NCBI GenBank assembly: GCA_022768785.1
Contig: JALELI010000125.1
Span: 1,865-65,864, forward strand
Direction of reading: 5' to 3'
DNA: 64,000 nt
DNA from: Arcanobacterium sp.
GTDB taxonomy: Bacteria; Actinomycetota; Actinomycetes; Actinomycetales; Actinomycetaceae
Part shown: in pieces, positions 10,764 to 19,595 of the stretch
How the letters are laid out: each line of letters starts with the position of its first letter
Position numbering within the stretch: position 1 is the first letter of the stretch
Made by a program: the position numbers and the translations under genes
Notes under the pieces: generated by a model
Database searches by the model: none
Seen by the model: the letters and a program-made list of their open reading frames with translations, nothing else
Told to the model about the DNA's origin: nothing

Positions 10764-11984
10764 GTGGATACTATCCTCTTCCCGTTAATGTGGGTGATTG
10801 GCTGGATCATTGTGGGTGTGCACAAAGTGCTCACCTTTCTTGGAATGAGTTCTGGTTCTGGCCCTGCATGGGTGTTGGCAATCGTGGGTATGACTATCAT
10901 CGTGCGCGCATTGATGATTCCGCTTTTTAATAAGCAGATTCGCTCCCAGCGGGCAATGCAACGCCTGAGCCCTGAGATCCAGAAGATCCAGAAGAAATAC
11001 AAGGGCAAAAAGGATCAAATATCGCAGCAGCGCCAGCAAGAAGAGCTGATGGCGCTTTACAAGAGCCATGGATCATCTCCATTTGCATCGTGCTTGCCGA
11101 TGTTTATTCAAATGCCGATCTTCTTCGCTCTGTATCGAGTGTTGTGGAATATTGGAGCGCTCTCGGATGGCACATATGCGCGGCCATCGCTCGGGGGGAT
11201 CGACAAAGCGCGGGCCACAGAGCTCGCTGGTTCCACGGTATTTGGAGCTCCACTCACTAGTTCAATTGGGAATGCTGGCAGCTATGGCCCATTGAAAGTG
11301 CAAATCATCATTGTGGCAGTGGTGCTTATTGTATTGATGATCGTCACGCTGTTTATCACCCAGAAACAGGTGATGACTAAAAACATGCCAGTGAATGACG
11401 ATCCTAATAACCCTGCGGCAAAGATGACTAAGTACATGCTCTACGGTATGCCACTCATCTATGTGTTTACTGGCTATGCTTTCCAGGTAGGAGTGCTCGT
11501 CTACTGGCTCGCCAGCAATATCTGGAATATGGGGCAGCAGACCTGGCTCATCACCACGAATCCCTCTCCTGGCTCGCCAGCTTATAAGGCGCGGCAGGAA
11601 AGGCTTCGGGCAAAGCGGATTGCCAAGGGCTTACCTCCTGAGGAGGAAGATACCGCTGAAGAAGCCCGCACCACTGGCCAGCGAGTGCAACCAATGAGTG
11701 CAAAGCGGCAGAAGAAAAAGGGTAAGAATTACGATCCACTTGCCAATGGGCCAGCTGATTTAGTAGGCAGTGAAAACAATGGTGCTCAATCCGGCACTGA
11801 AAAGTCAGCTGATAGTGATGAAGCCACTGAGGCGCAAGAGGCTGTAGGTAAAGATGGGCTCACCGATGCGCAACGAGCTCAAAAGCGCTATGAGCGGCGG
11901 CTCGCTGAGCGGCAGCGTTCAAGGGAAAAAGCGCAGCAGCGGGCAAAGCGCCAGCAGCAGAATAAGAAAAAACGGAACTTCTAA
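10764..11984 (+). CDS. yidC: Membrane protein insertase YidC
   Basis: LSPEIQKIQKKY, SPFASCLP..IQMPIFFALY, GVLVYWLASN; long charged C-tail. Confidence 0.96.
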   Translation: MDTILFPLMWVIGWIIVGVHKVLTFLGMSSGSGPAWVLAIVGMTIIVRALMIPLFNKQIRSQRAMQRLSPEIQKIQKKYKGKKDQISQQRQQEELMALYKSHGSSPFASCLPMFIQMPIFFALYRVLWNIGALSDGTYARPSLGGIDKARATELAGSTVFGAPLTSSIGNAGSYGPLKVQIIIVAVVLIVLMIVTLFITQKQVMTKNMPVNDDPNNPAAKMTKYMLYGMPLIYVFTGYAFQVGVLVYWLASNIWNMGQQTWLITTNPSPGSPAYKARQERLRAKRIAKGLPPEEEDTAEEARTTGQRVQPMSAKRQKKKGKNYDPLANGPADLVGSENNGAQSGTEKSADSDEATEAQEAVGKDGLTDAQRAQKRYERRLAERQRSREKAQQRAKRQQQNKKKRNF

Positions 11985-12026
11985 AGTTGATGAGATTTCC
12001 TCTTGGGGGGATAAGGAGAGGCAACG

Positions 12027-12671
12027 ATGAGTGTGGAAGAACTCGATGAAGTGAGTGACGCTGAACTTCGGCAAAAGCTTGAAGATGAAGGCGATTTCGC
12101 GGCCGATTATCTTGAAGATTTGCTCGATATAGCACAGCTTGATGGCGATATTGAAATCTCTGTAGAAGCGGATCGGGCCGCGGTGGCTATCGTGATGGAC
12201 GATGGATCTGATCGGCGTTTGAAGCGGCTCATTGGCCGGCACGGAGAAACGCTTGACGCTCTCCAAGAGCTCACCCGGTTGGCTGTGCAGTGTAAAACGA
12301 GTGAGCGATCCCGATTGATGCTCGATATTTTGGGGTATCGCGAGGGGCGGCGTAAAGCAATTCAAGCTATTGCGCGCGAGGCTGTGGAGCATGTAAAAGA
12401 AACTGGTGAAGATTACGCTCTGAAGCCGATGAATCCTTTTGAGCGCAAGGTAGTGCATGATGTGGTGGCAGAAGCTGGCCTCTATTCTGATTCTTCCGGT
12501 GTGGGGCCAAATCGGCACGTTGTTGTGATGATGCCACTTGATGATACTGAGGATATTGACGACGCCGACGATTTTGAGAGTGCACAGAGTGCCGATGAGC
12601 TGAGTGCTCTTAGCGCTGACGCTGCCTATGCTGATGATGACTTCGATGACGCAGAAAGCCATGAGCAGTGA
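12027..12671 (+). CDS. jag: KH/R3H RNA-binding protein (Jag/KhpB/EloR family)
   Basis: LIGRHGETLDALQELTRL (KH) and PMNPFERKVVHD (R3H). Confidence 0.92.
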   Translation: MSVEELDEVSDAELRQKLEDEGDFAADYLEDLLDIAQLDGDIEISVEADRAAVAIVMDDGSDRRLKRLIGRHGETLDALQELTRLAVQCKTSERSRLMLDILGYREGRRKAIQAIAREAVEHVKETGEDYALKPMNPFERKVVHDVVAEAGLYSDSSGVGPNRHVVVMMPLDDTEDIDDADDFESAQSADELSALSADAAYADDDFDDAESHEQ

Positions 12672-13312
12672 TGGCTGATACTGGGATAGAGGCTCCGCCA
12701 GCTGGCGGAGCCTCTCATTTTGGAGAGAGCGCCTGGGTTCAGCTCGTTGAGTTTAGCCGTCTGCTGGTGGCAGAGGGAGATGTGCGAGGGCTGATTGGCC
12801 CGCGCGAGCTTGAAAGGCTATGGAGCCGCCACATCCTCAACTGCACTGCTGTGGTGAGAGATTTGCCCGAAAAATGCGATATTGCCGATATTGGATCTGG
12901 TGCTGGCTTTCCAGGAATAATTGTTGCAATTTTGAGGCCTAGAGCTGAGGTATCACTCATTGAAACGATGGAACGTAGGGCGCAGTGGCTCGTTGAAGTG
13001 GCAGAAACGCTACATTTAACGAATGTTCGGGTGCTTAATGACCGTGCCGAAAATGTGGTGAGTAGTGGGCAAAAATTTGATTCGGTGACGGCGCGCGCAG
13101 TGGCACCTCTAAAAAAGTTAGTACCGTGGACTCTCCCTTTACTCCGTGGTGGTGGTGAACTTTTAGCCTTAAAAGGTGCACGTGCTGAGCAAGAGATTGA
13201 CGCAGCACGCGGAGTGTTGAAAAAATTCAAAGCCACCAATTTTTTTGTGGAAGATGTGGCTGTGTGGGGTACTAACGAAGCCACGCGAGTGCTCCACGTA
13301 GTACGACAATAA
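12668..13312 (+). CDS. rsmG: 16S rRNA m7G527 methyltransferase
   Basis: GLIGPRELERLWSRHILN, DIGSGAGFPG, VTARAVAPL. Confidence 0.96.
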   Translation: MMADTGIEAPPAGGASHFGESAWVQLVEFSRLLVAEGDVRGLIGPRELERLWSRHILNCTAVVRDLPEKCDIADIGSGAGFPGIIVAILRPRAEVSLIETMERRAQWLVEVAETLHLTNVRVLNDRAENVVSSGQKFDSVTARAVAPLKKLVPWTLPLLRGGGELLALKGARAEQEIDAARGVLKKFKATNFFVEDVAVWGTNEATRVLHVVRQ

Positions 13313-13336
13313 GCTGCGCGGTAGCAGGTGTGTGAA

Positions 13337-13352
13337 TGTTTCACGTGAAACA
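13337..13352. promoter_or_regulatory. parS: parS centromere site 1
   Basis: Perfect consensus TGTTTCACGTGAAACA inside a 30-bp perfect palindrome (13330-13359). Confidence 0.95.
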
Positions 13353-13530
13353 TTCACACCGTGATAAAGGTAGAACTTGTGCGCGTGAGCTGTGTGAGCG
13401 TGAGTGGGCATGGGATAATAGCCGTGGCGTTGGAAGCTCTAAGCTGCACATGCATATAACTGAATCACAGGTGCATGAAAAGCATAGATGTAATGACGAG
13501 TAACAACTTATACGTGCGTGAGGAGCAAAT

Positions 13531-14544
13531 ATGACGGGTTTACGAGATCGTATCGTAGCTGAATTTGGCTCTGGAGATGCGCATGCAGAGAATACCTCAG
13601 TGCAGGAAACAAGGCATGTGAGCACTGAACTAGAAAATGACGTTAATAATCAATTGCCTGATAGTGGCGATGATTCTTCAATGTTTGCGCAGATGATGCG
13701 AGATGCGAAGAGCCGTGCAGATTTTTTTGCGAGTCCGTTGCCCAAACCGGCGGCTTCGCGGATTGTGGCAGTATCGAACCAAAAGGGTGGAGTGGGAAAA
13801 ACTACCACAGCAGTTAATATTGCCGCGGCTTTGGCAGCTGGTGGATTGCAGGTATTGGTGATCGACGCAGACCCACAAGGTAATGCTTCCACCGCTTTAG
13901 GGGGGAAACCCGCTGGCGGCGAGCCTTCGATCTACCATGTTTTAACAGGTGCAATGAAACTAGCAGATATCATTAGGCAAGTTCCAGATGCGAATAACCT
14001 TTGGGTAGCTCCCTCCACGATGGATCTGTCACTCGCAGAAATTGAATTAGTGACGGGAGAACACCGTGAATTTCGACTGCGAGATGCACTGCAGAAATAT
14101 ATGAATGCCGCTCATACTGGCAACGGTATTCATTTTGATTTCGTTTTTATTGATTCTCCCCCATCGTTGGGCATGCTCACGATGAATGCACTAGTGGCGG
14201 CACAAGAAGTGATGATTCCAATTCAGGCGGAATATTATGCGCTAGAAGGCCTCACACAATTAATGAGTACTATTGCTACGATTCAGCAGAGGTTTAATAC
14301 GCAACTTAAGATCTCTACAATTCTTCTCACAATGTTTGATCGCCGCACAAATTTAGCAAATGATGTTGCTGCAGATGTGCAATCATACTTCCCGAATGAA
14401 TTATTAGAAACTAAAATTCCGCGCAATGTGCGCATCTCTGAAGCACCTAGTTTCGGGCAAACGGTGATTTCATATGATCCGCGCTCAGCGGGAGCCGCTG
14501 CTTATTTCTCTGCTGCAAAAGAAATCGCAGAACGCAATGCCTGA
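13531..14544 (+). CDS. parA: Chromosome partitioning ATPase ParA
   Basis: Deviant Walker A NQKGGVGKTTT, IDADPQGNAS, IDSPPSLG, EYYALEGL. Confidence 0.97.
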   Translation: MTGLRDRIVAEFGSGDAHAENTSVQETRHVSTELENDVNNQLPDSGDDSSMFAQMMRDAKSRADFFASPLPKPAASRIVAVSNQKGGVGKTTTAVNIAAALAAGGLQVLVIDADPQGNASTALGGKPAGGEPSIYHVLTGAMKLADIIRQVPDANNLWVAPSTMDLSLAEIELVTGEHREFRLRDALQKYMNAAHTGNGIHFDFVFIDSPPSLGMLTMNALVAAQEVMIPIQAEYYALEGLTQLMSTIATIQQRFNTQLKISTILLTMFDRRTNLANDVAADVQSYFPNELLETKIPRNVRISEAPSFGQTVISYDPRSAGAAAYFSAAKEIAERNA

Positions 14545-14822
14545 GTATAAATGCACAGCAAAAATTGCTATTCAAATGCTATCTCACACTTTTTAAATGA
14601 TATGGCCAAAGATATGAAGTCTGGGTAACTTTCGGATATAGCGCTTTGCTAATGCCGCAGAAAAGCGACAGATTTTGCATATTCTTCTAGCACAGATTGT
14701 TCTCAGCGTATTGATAATTTCATAGTTGGTTGTATCAGCTGTAGCTATGCTAATGGCCTGTGTTGGTGTGTAGTTTACTGCATTATTTTGACGAGCTGAG
14801 TTGCGCCGTACATCTAACGCAT

Positions 14823-14838
14823 TGTTTCACGTGAAACA
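14823..14838. promoter_or_regulatory. parS: parS centromere site 2
   Basis: Perfect TGTTTCACGTGAAACA inside a 24-bp palindrome (14819-14842), between parA and parB. Confidence 0.95.
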
Positions 14839-14929
14839 ATGCAAAATTTAAACTGTAGAATATGTGAGAGCAATTCGTTTTTTAAAAGCGATCATAGTTC
14901 CGCACAGTGTGAGCAGAAACGAGGAAATA

Positions 14930-16093
14930 ATGGCTGAAAGAAGGCGTGGCTTAGGCCGCGGAATCGGCGCTCTGATCCCACGGGATCAAGAAGAAAAAAG
15001 CAAACGCCCTATTGATGTGTTCTTTTCTTCTCCACAAAAATCAGTTGCGGAGAATGGTGCTCAGGCTGCAGATAAAAAAAATATGGCAGGGGATTTTTCA
15101 AGTGATAATTCTGAAAAGAAAAAGGCACCAGCGTCAGTAACTGCACCGGCAGGAGCTCATCAACAACACAGTGTGCATAAGCCCCCGAAAAAAACAGCGC
15201 CCACACCGCAAGCAGTAAAAGATAGTGATTCGCGCTCTCTAATCCCAGTGCCAGGCGCCACGTTTGGTGAATTGGATATAGCGAGCATTGTGCCCAATAC
15301 AAAACAACCTCGTCAGGTGTTTGATGAAGATGAATTACAAGAGCTTTCTGATTCCATTAAAGAAGTGGGAGTGCTGCAACCGATAGTGGTGCGGCCATTG
15401 GCGGCCCCGCTACCAGAGCACCCGCAGGCGCGGTATGAACTCATTATGGGCGAGCGGCGATGGCGAGCTACAAAATTAGCTGGGTTAAAAGAAATTCCCG
15501 CGATTGTACGGCACACAGATGATGCTGATCTTTTACGAGATGCACTCTTAGAAAATTTACACCGCACTCAGCTTAATCCTTTAGAAGAAGCGGCAGCATA
15601 TCAGCAGCTTCTCGAGGATTTCAATATCACGCACGAACAGCTGTCAAAAAAGATTGCGCGTTCACGGCCGCAAATTTCTAATACATTGCGGCTGCTTAAA
15701 TTGCCTCCTCTTGTGCAAAGGAGAGTGGCGGCAGGCGTGCTTTCAGCAGGCCATGCTCGGGCATTACTGAGTTTAAATGATCCCGCTCAAATGGAGCAGC
15801 TAGCACAGCGGATTGTGGCAGAAGGGCTCTCTGTGCGAGCTGTGGAAGAAATTGTGGCACTTGGAGGAGCTCCGCAGCCTGCCCGCACTCGCTCGGCACG
15901 GCAATCACAGTATCAAACAGAGCTCACGGCTCTTGCACGAAAACTAGGGGATCAGCTCAACACCCGAGTAAAAATTCATATGGGCGCTCACAAAGGGCGG
16001 CTCAGTGTGGAATTTGCCAGCATTGAAGATCTCAACAGAATTTTAGAGGAGATTGGTGCAGAAGAAGTCGCTGTAATGCCCAGCCAAGAATAA
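14930..16093 (+). CDS. parB: Chromosome partitioning protein ParB
   Basis: MAERRRGLGRGIGALI ParA-binding N-terminus, QPRQVF, GVLQPIVVR, GERRWRA, ENLHRTQLNPLEEA. Confidence 0.97.
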   Translation: MAERRRGLGRGIGALIPRDQEEKSKRPIDVFFSSPQKSVAENGAQAADKKNMAGDFSSDNSEKKKAPASVTAPAGAHQQHSVHKPPKKTAPTPQAVKDSDSRSLIPVPGATFGELDIASIVPNTKQPRQVFDEDELQELSDSIKEVGVLQPIVVRPLAAPLPEHPQARYELIMGERRWRATKLAGLKEIPAIVRHTDDADLLRDALLENLHRTQLNPLEEAAAYQQLLEDFNITHEQLSKKIARSRPQISNTLRLLKLPPLVQRRVAAGVLSAGHARALLSLNDPAQMEQLAQRIVAEGLSVRAVEEIVALGGAPQPARTRSARQSQYQTELTALARKLGDQLNTRVKIHMGAHKGRLSVEFASIEDLNRILEEIGAEEVAVMPSQE

Positions 16094-16136
16094 GGTGTTG
16101 GCCGAGAACGAGCGTATTAAGCACCCGGAATCACTC

Positions 16137-16173
16137 AGTGGTGAATGTGCCGATAGCAGGCACATTCACCACT
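16137..16173. terminator. Bidirectional terminator-like hairpin between convergent parB and ddl-like genes
   Basis: AGTGGTGAATGTGCC-GATAGCA-GGCACATTCACCACT (15-bp perfect stem). Confidence 0.75.
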
Positions 16174-17131
16174 ACTTATGTGCAAGTGCTGCCTGTAAAA
16201 TTTCGAGGTAAAAATCTTCCATAGATTCTCCACGGCTTTGAGCAGCGGCACTTGCGCCCTGCGGGAAAATCGATGTTTCCGCCATGCCTGGTGTGGTGTT
16301 CACATCGATAAACCATGCCATGCCTTGTTCATCGAGAATCACATCGGTGCGTGAATAGTGACGAAGACCGAGTGCAGTATGCACACCCACAGCGAGTTCA
16401 GTAACTGCAGCATATTCAGCATCAGTAGTATGAGCAGGTACGAAGTACTGCACGCGCCCAGGATTATAGCGAGCGTCGTAATCATAGGGGCCACTAGCCA
16501 CCACTTCCACAGGTGGTATCGCTTTCGGGCCGTCCCCTAAATCCACCACGCCAATTCCGAATTCACGGCCTGCCACATAGCTTTGAATAAGCGCTACGTC
16601 GTCATAAGCGAAACAATCCACCATTGCTGCTGGAAGATCGGCGCGATCGTACACTACAGTGAGGCCAAGAGAAGAACCGCCGCGAGCAGGCTTCACCACC
16701 ACAGGGAAACCATAACGCTGATCGATCATGTCTAAAATAGGCACGACACCCACTTCACGGAAAAGCGGCTGAGGCAGCGCCATCGACGACGGAACCTTAA
16801 TTCCAGCGCGAGTGAGTACAGCTGCCGCCACAGATTTATCAGAGGTGAGGCGGCACGCAGCAGCTGTGGAGCCCACAAAAGGATAGCCAGCGAGATCGAG
16901 TAGATCTTGCAGGGAACCATCTTCACCGGTGTCGCCGTGCACTAAAGGCCACACAATATCTGGCTCGAGGGCGGCTAATCGCTGGAGCACTTGAGAATCC
17001 AAATCCAGCACTTTCACTTGCACGCCGCTATCTCGTAAAGCCCCTGCCACGCGGCTTCCAGAACGCAGAGAAACTTCACGCTCATGAGTTAATCCGCCGG
17101 CGAGAATTGCAACAGTTAATGGCCTATCCAC
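16172..17131 (-). CDS. D-alanine--D-alanine ligase family ATP-grasp protein
   Basis: AGGLTHEREVSLRSG, HGDTGEDG, PVVVKPARGGSSLG, YDYDARY, DVNTTPGM. Confidence 0.88.
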   Translation of the reverse strand: MDRPLTVAILAGGLTHEREVSLRSGSRVAGALRDSGVQVKVLDLDSQVLQRLAALEPDIVWPLVHGDTGEDGSLQDLLDLAGYPFVGSTAAACRLTSDKSVAAAVLTRAGIKVPSSMALPQPLFREVGVVPILDMIDQRYGFPVVVKPARGGSSLGLTVVYDRADLPAAMVDCFAYDDVALIQSYVAGREFGIGVVDLGDGPKAIPPVEVVASGPYDYDARYNPGRVQYFVPAHTTDAEYAAVTELAVGVHTALGLRHYSRTDVILDEQGMAWFIDVNTTPGMAETSIFPQGASAAAQSRGESMEDFYLEILQAALAHK

Positions 17132-17141
17132 AGGTTCCTCC

Positions 17142-18455
17142 TCAGGCTTGGTTGCTTACGGGGCGTTCTACGCCGTCGTTGCTATGGCGTTCGTGCACTC
17201 CAAACATGTTCACGAGTTCCATTTCTTGATCAATGACGCCAGACAGCCGCCGTATTCCCTCGCGAATATTGTCGGGAGTTGGATAGCAGAAACTCAGCCG
17301 CATATGATCCCCGCCTTGGCCATCGGCGTAAAAAGCTGTTCCACTCACATATGCCACGAGATTCTTGGTGGCCCGCGGAAGCATGGCCTTTGCATCGAGC
17401 CCTTCTGGCAGCTTTACCCATGTGTAAAAACCGCCATCGGGCACATTCCATTGGCACATGGGGAGATACATATCGAGAGCCTCGAGCATGGCATCTCGCC
17501 GTTCACGATACAGTGAGCGATACTCTTTGATCTGCCCCATCCAATCGTAAGTGCGCAGATATTCGGCAATAGAAATCTGCCCCACTTTCGTGGGAGAGAG
17601 CACTTCACTTTCATTAGCGAGCACCAGCCGCTGGGTGACGGCGTGCGGCGCGAGCGCCCAGCCTACTCGATAACCAGGGGCAAAAGTTTTCGAGAAAGAT
17701 CCGAGATACACCACGCCTTCTGGGTTATAGGTTTGCAAAGCTGGCATCACTTGATCGTTGAATCCCAGCATGCCATAGGGGTTATCTTCCAGAATTAATA
17801 CGTGATAGCGCTGGCAGATCTCCACAATGCGTGGACGGCGCTCGATACTCATGGTCACGCCTGCCGGATTATGGAAGTTTGGCACGGTATATAGAAATTT
17901 AACCTCTTTGCCCTGTTTTTTCAGCTTTGCGAGAGTTTCTTCGAGAGCCTCTGGAATTAACCCGTCTGCATCGAGTGGCACGTGCACCACATTGGCCTGG
18001 TATGCACGAAATACCCCAAGAGCACCCACATATGAAGGAGCTTCAGCCACGATCACATCACCCGGATTGATGAACACTTCCGTCATAATATCGAGTGCGG
18101 CTTGAGAGCCCGTTGTTACGGTGATGTCGTCTGGATACGCGTGAATTCCCTCAGCGCGCATCACTTCTACGATCATTTCGCGCAGCTCCACCTCGCCTTG
18201 ACCGCTGCCATACTGCAGCACATATGCACCGCGCTCCCTGATAATCCGTGCACTCATCTCAGCGAGAAAATCGAGGGGTAACCCTTGGATAAACGGCATG
18301 CCTCCTGCAAGTGACACCACTTCAGGGCGATTCGCCACAGCAAATAGCGAACGCGTTTCAGATTGGCGCATTCCTAAAGAGCGGTCGGCATAGCGATCAA
18401 ACCAAGGATCAAGCCGAGTGCCAGAGCTCATGTGTGGCAGTGAATTCTCCTGCAT
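17142..18455 (-). CDS. PLP-dependent aminotransferase, class I/II
   Basis: VVSLAGGMP, YTVPNFHNPAG, LEDNPYG, YLGSFSKTFAPGYRVGW (PLP lysine). Confidence 0.92.
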   Translation of the reverse strand: MQENSLPHMSSGTRLDPWFDRYADRSLGMRQSETRSLFAVANRPEVVSLAGGMPFIQGLPLDFLAEMSARIIRERGAYVLQYGSGQGEVELREMIVEVMRAEGIHAYPDDITVTTGSQAALDIMTEVFINPGDVIVAEAPSYVGALGVFRAYQANVVHVPLDADGLIPEALEETLAKLKKQGKEVKFLYTVPNFHNPAGVTMSIERRPRIVEICQRYHVLILEDNPYGMLGFNDQVMPALQTYNPEGVVYLGSFSKTFAPGYRVGWALAPHAVTQRLVLANESEVLSPTKVGQISIAEYLRTYDWMGQIKEYRSLYRERRDAMLEALDMYLPMCQWNVPDGGFYTWVKLPEGLDAKAMLPRATKNLVAYVSGTAFYADGQGGDHMRLSFCYPTPDNIREGIRRLSGVIDQEMELVNMFGVHERHSNDGVERPVSNQA

Positions 18456-18603
18456 GAGGAATCCTTTCAGAATCGTTCACCGCTAACCATAGGCATCAAA
18501 GGAATCAGAACACAAACACGCCTCAAAAATGAGCTGTGTACAGTGCAATCCCGCAGCTAACGGATATATAGAAGATACATACAGTATCAACAGTGAAACA
18601 GAG

Positions 18604-19530
18604 CTATAGCGAAGCGAGATAGGTTTGCGCATCAAGAGCAGCAGCGCACCCCTGTCCAGCTGCCGTCACGGCCTGGCGATAGCGATGATCCACAACATCT
18701 CCGGCGGCAAAGACGCCGGGTATATTGGTGAGCGTGGTGGGCGAAGCTACTTTGATATAGCCGTCATCATCGAGTTCAACAGCGCCTTTGAGCACCTCAG
18801 TGCGAGGAGCATGGCCAATAGCCACAAACATTCCTTGAATCGGCAACTCAGAAAGCTCACCAGTTTGAGTGTTCTTCAGAGTGAGTGAAGATACTTTTTC
18901 ATCACCATTCACAGATTCCACCGTAGAATTCCAATGAATCTTAATGTTTGAGGTGTTCTCTAGGCGATCCACCAGCACTTTAGCGGCACGCATTTGATCA
19001 CGCCGGTGAATGAGGTGCACAGTCTCGCCAAAACGGGCCAGGAAGAGCGCCTCAGTGGCTGCGCTATCTCCACCGCCAATCACTGCGATTTGCCGATCCT
19101 TAAAGAAGAATCCATCACATGTGGCGCAATAGCTCACACCTTTGCCTGTGAGCGCTGCCTCGCTCTCCAGCCCCAGTTTCTTATAGGCGGAGCCAAGCGC
19201 TAGAATCACGGCTTTTGCCTTGTATGTGCCACTGTCGGTTACGATAGTTTTCACATCGCCGGAAAGATCAAATTCAATGGCATCTTCATATTCCACTTGA
19301 GCGCCAAACTTTTCGGCCTGGCTCTGCATTTTATCCATCAGTTCTGGGCCGAGCACGGGCTCGGGCCAGCCCGGGAAATTCTCCACTTCAGTGGTGGTCA
19401 TAAGGGCGCCGCCGGCGTCTAATCCGCCGGCGATCACCAGCGGTTTGAGCCCGGCTCGGGCTGTGTAGATTGCAGCTGTCCACCCCGCTGGGCCAGAGCC
19501 AACAATAATAATATCGCGAACGTCGTCCAT
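18604..19530 (-). CDS. trxB: Thioredoxin reductase
   Basis: IIVGSGPAGWTAA, VENFPG, GVSYCATCDG, GGGDSA, GVFAAGD; GGAGG upstream of ATG 19530. Confidence 0.97.
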   Translation of the reverse strand: MDDVRDIIIVGSGPAGWTAAIYTARAGLKPLVIAGGLDAGGALMTTTEVENFPGWPEPVLGPELMDKMQSQAEKFGAQVEYEDAIEFDLSGDVKTIVTDSGTYKAKAVILALGSAYKKLGLESEAALTGKGVSYCATCDGFFFKDRQIAVIGGGDSAATEALFLARFGETVHLIHRRDQMRAAKVLVDRLENTSNIKIHWNSTVESVNGDEKVSSLTLKNTQTGELSELPIQGMFVAIGHAPRTEVLKGAVELDDDGYIKVASPTTLTNIPGVFAAGDVVDHRYRQAVTAAGQGCAAALDAQTYLASL

Positions 19531-19595
19531 CGCTGTCCTCCATGAATCGGTGCTACTTAGCATGATATCAAGTTCAAACGCTGCCGAGGCCCACA

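Noticed and set aside
11919-13353. Long minus-strand ORFs (247 and 204 aa)
   Set aside because: Antisense to jag and rsmG; no recognisable motifs; expected in GC-rich coding DNA
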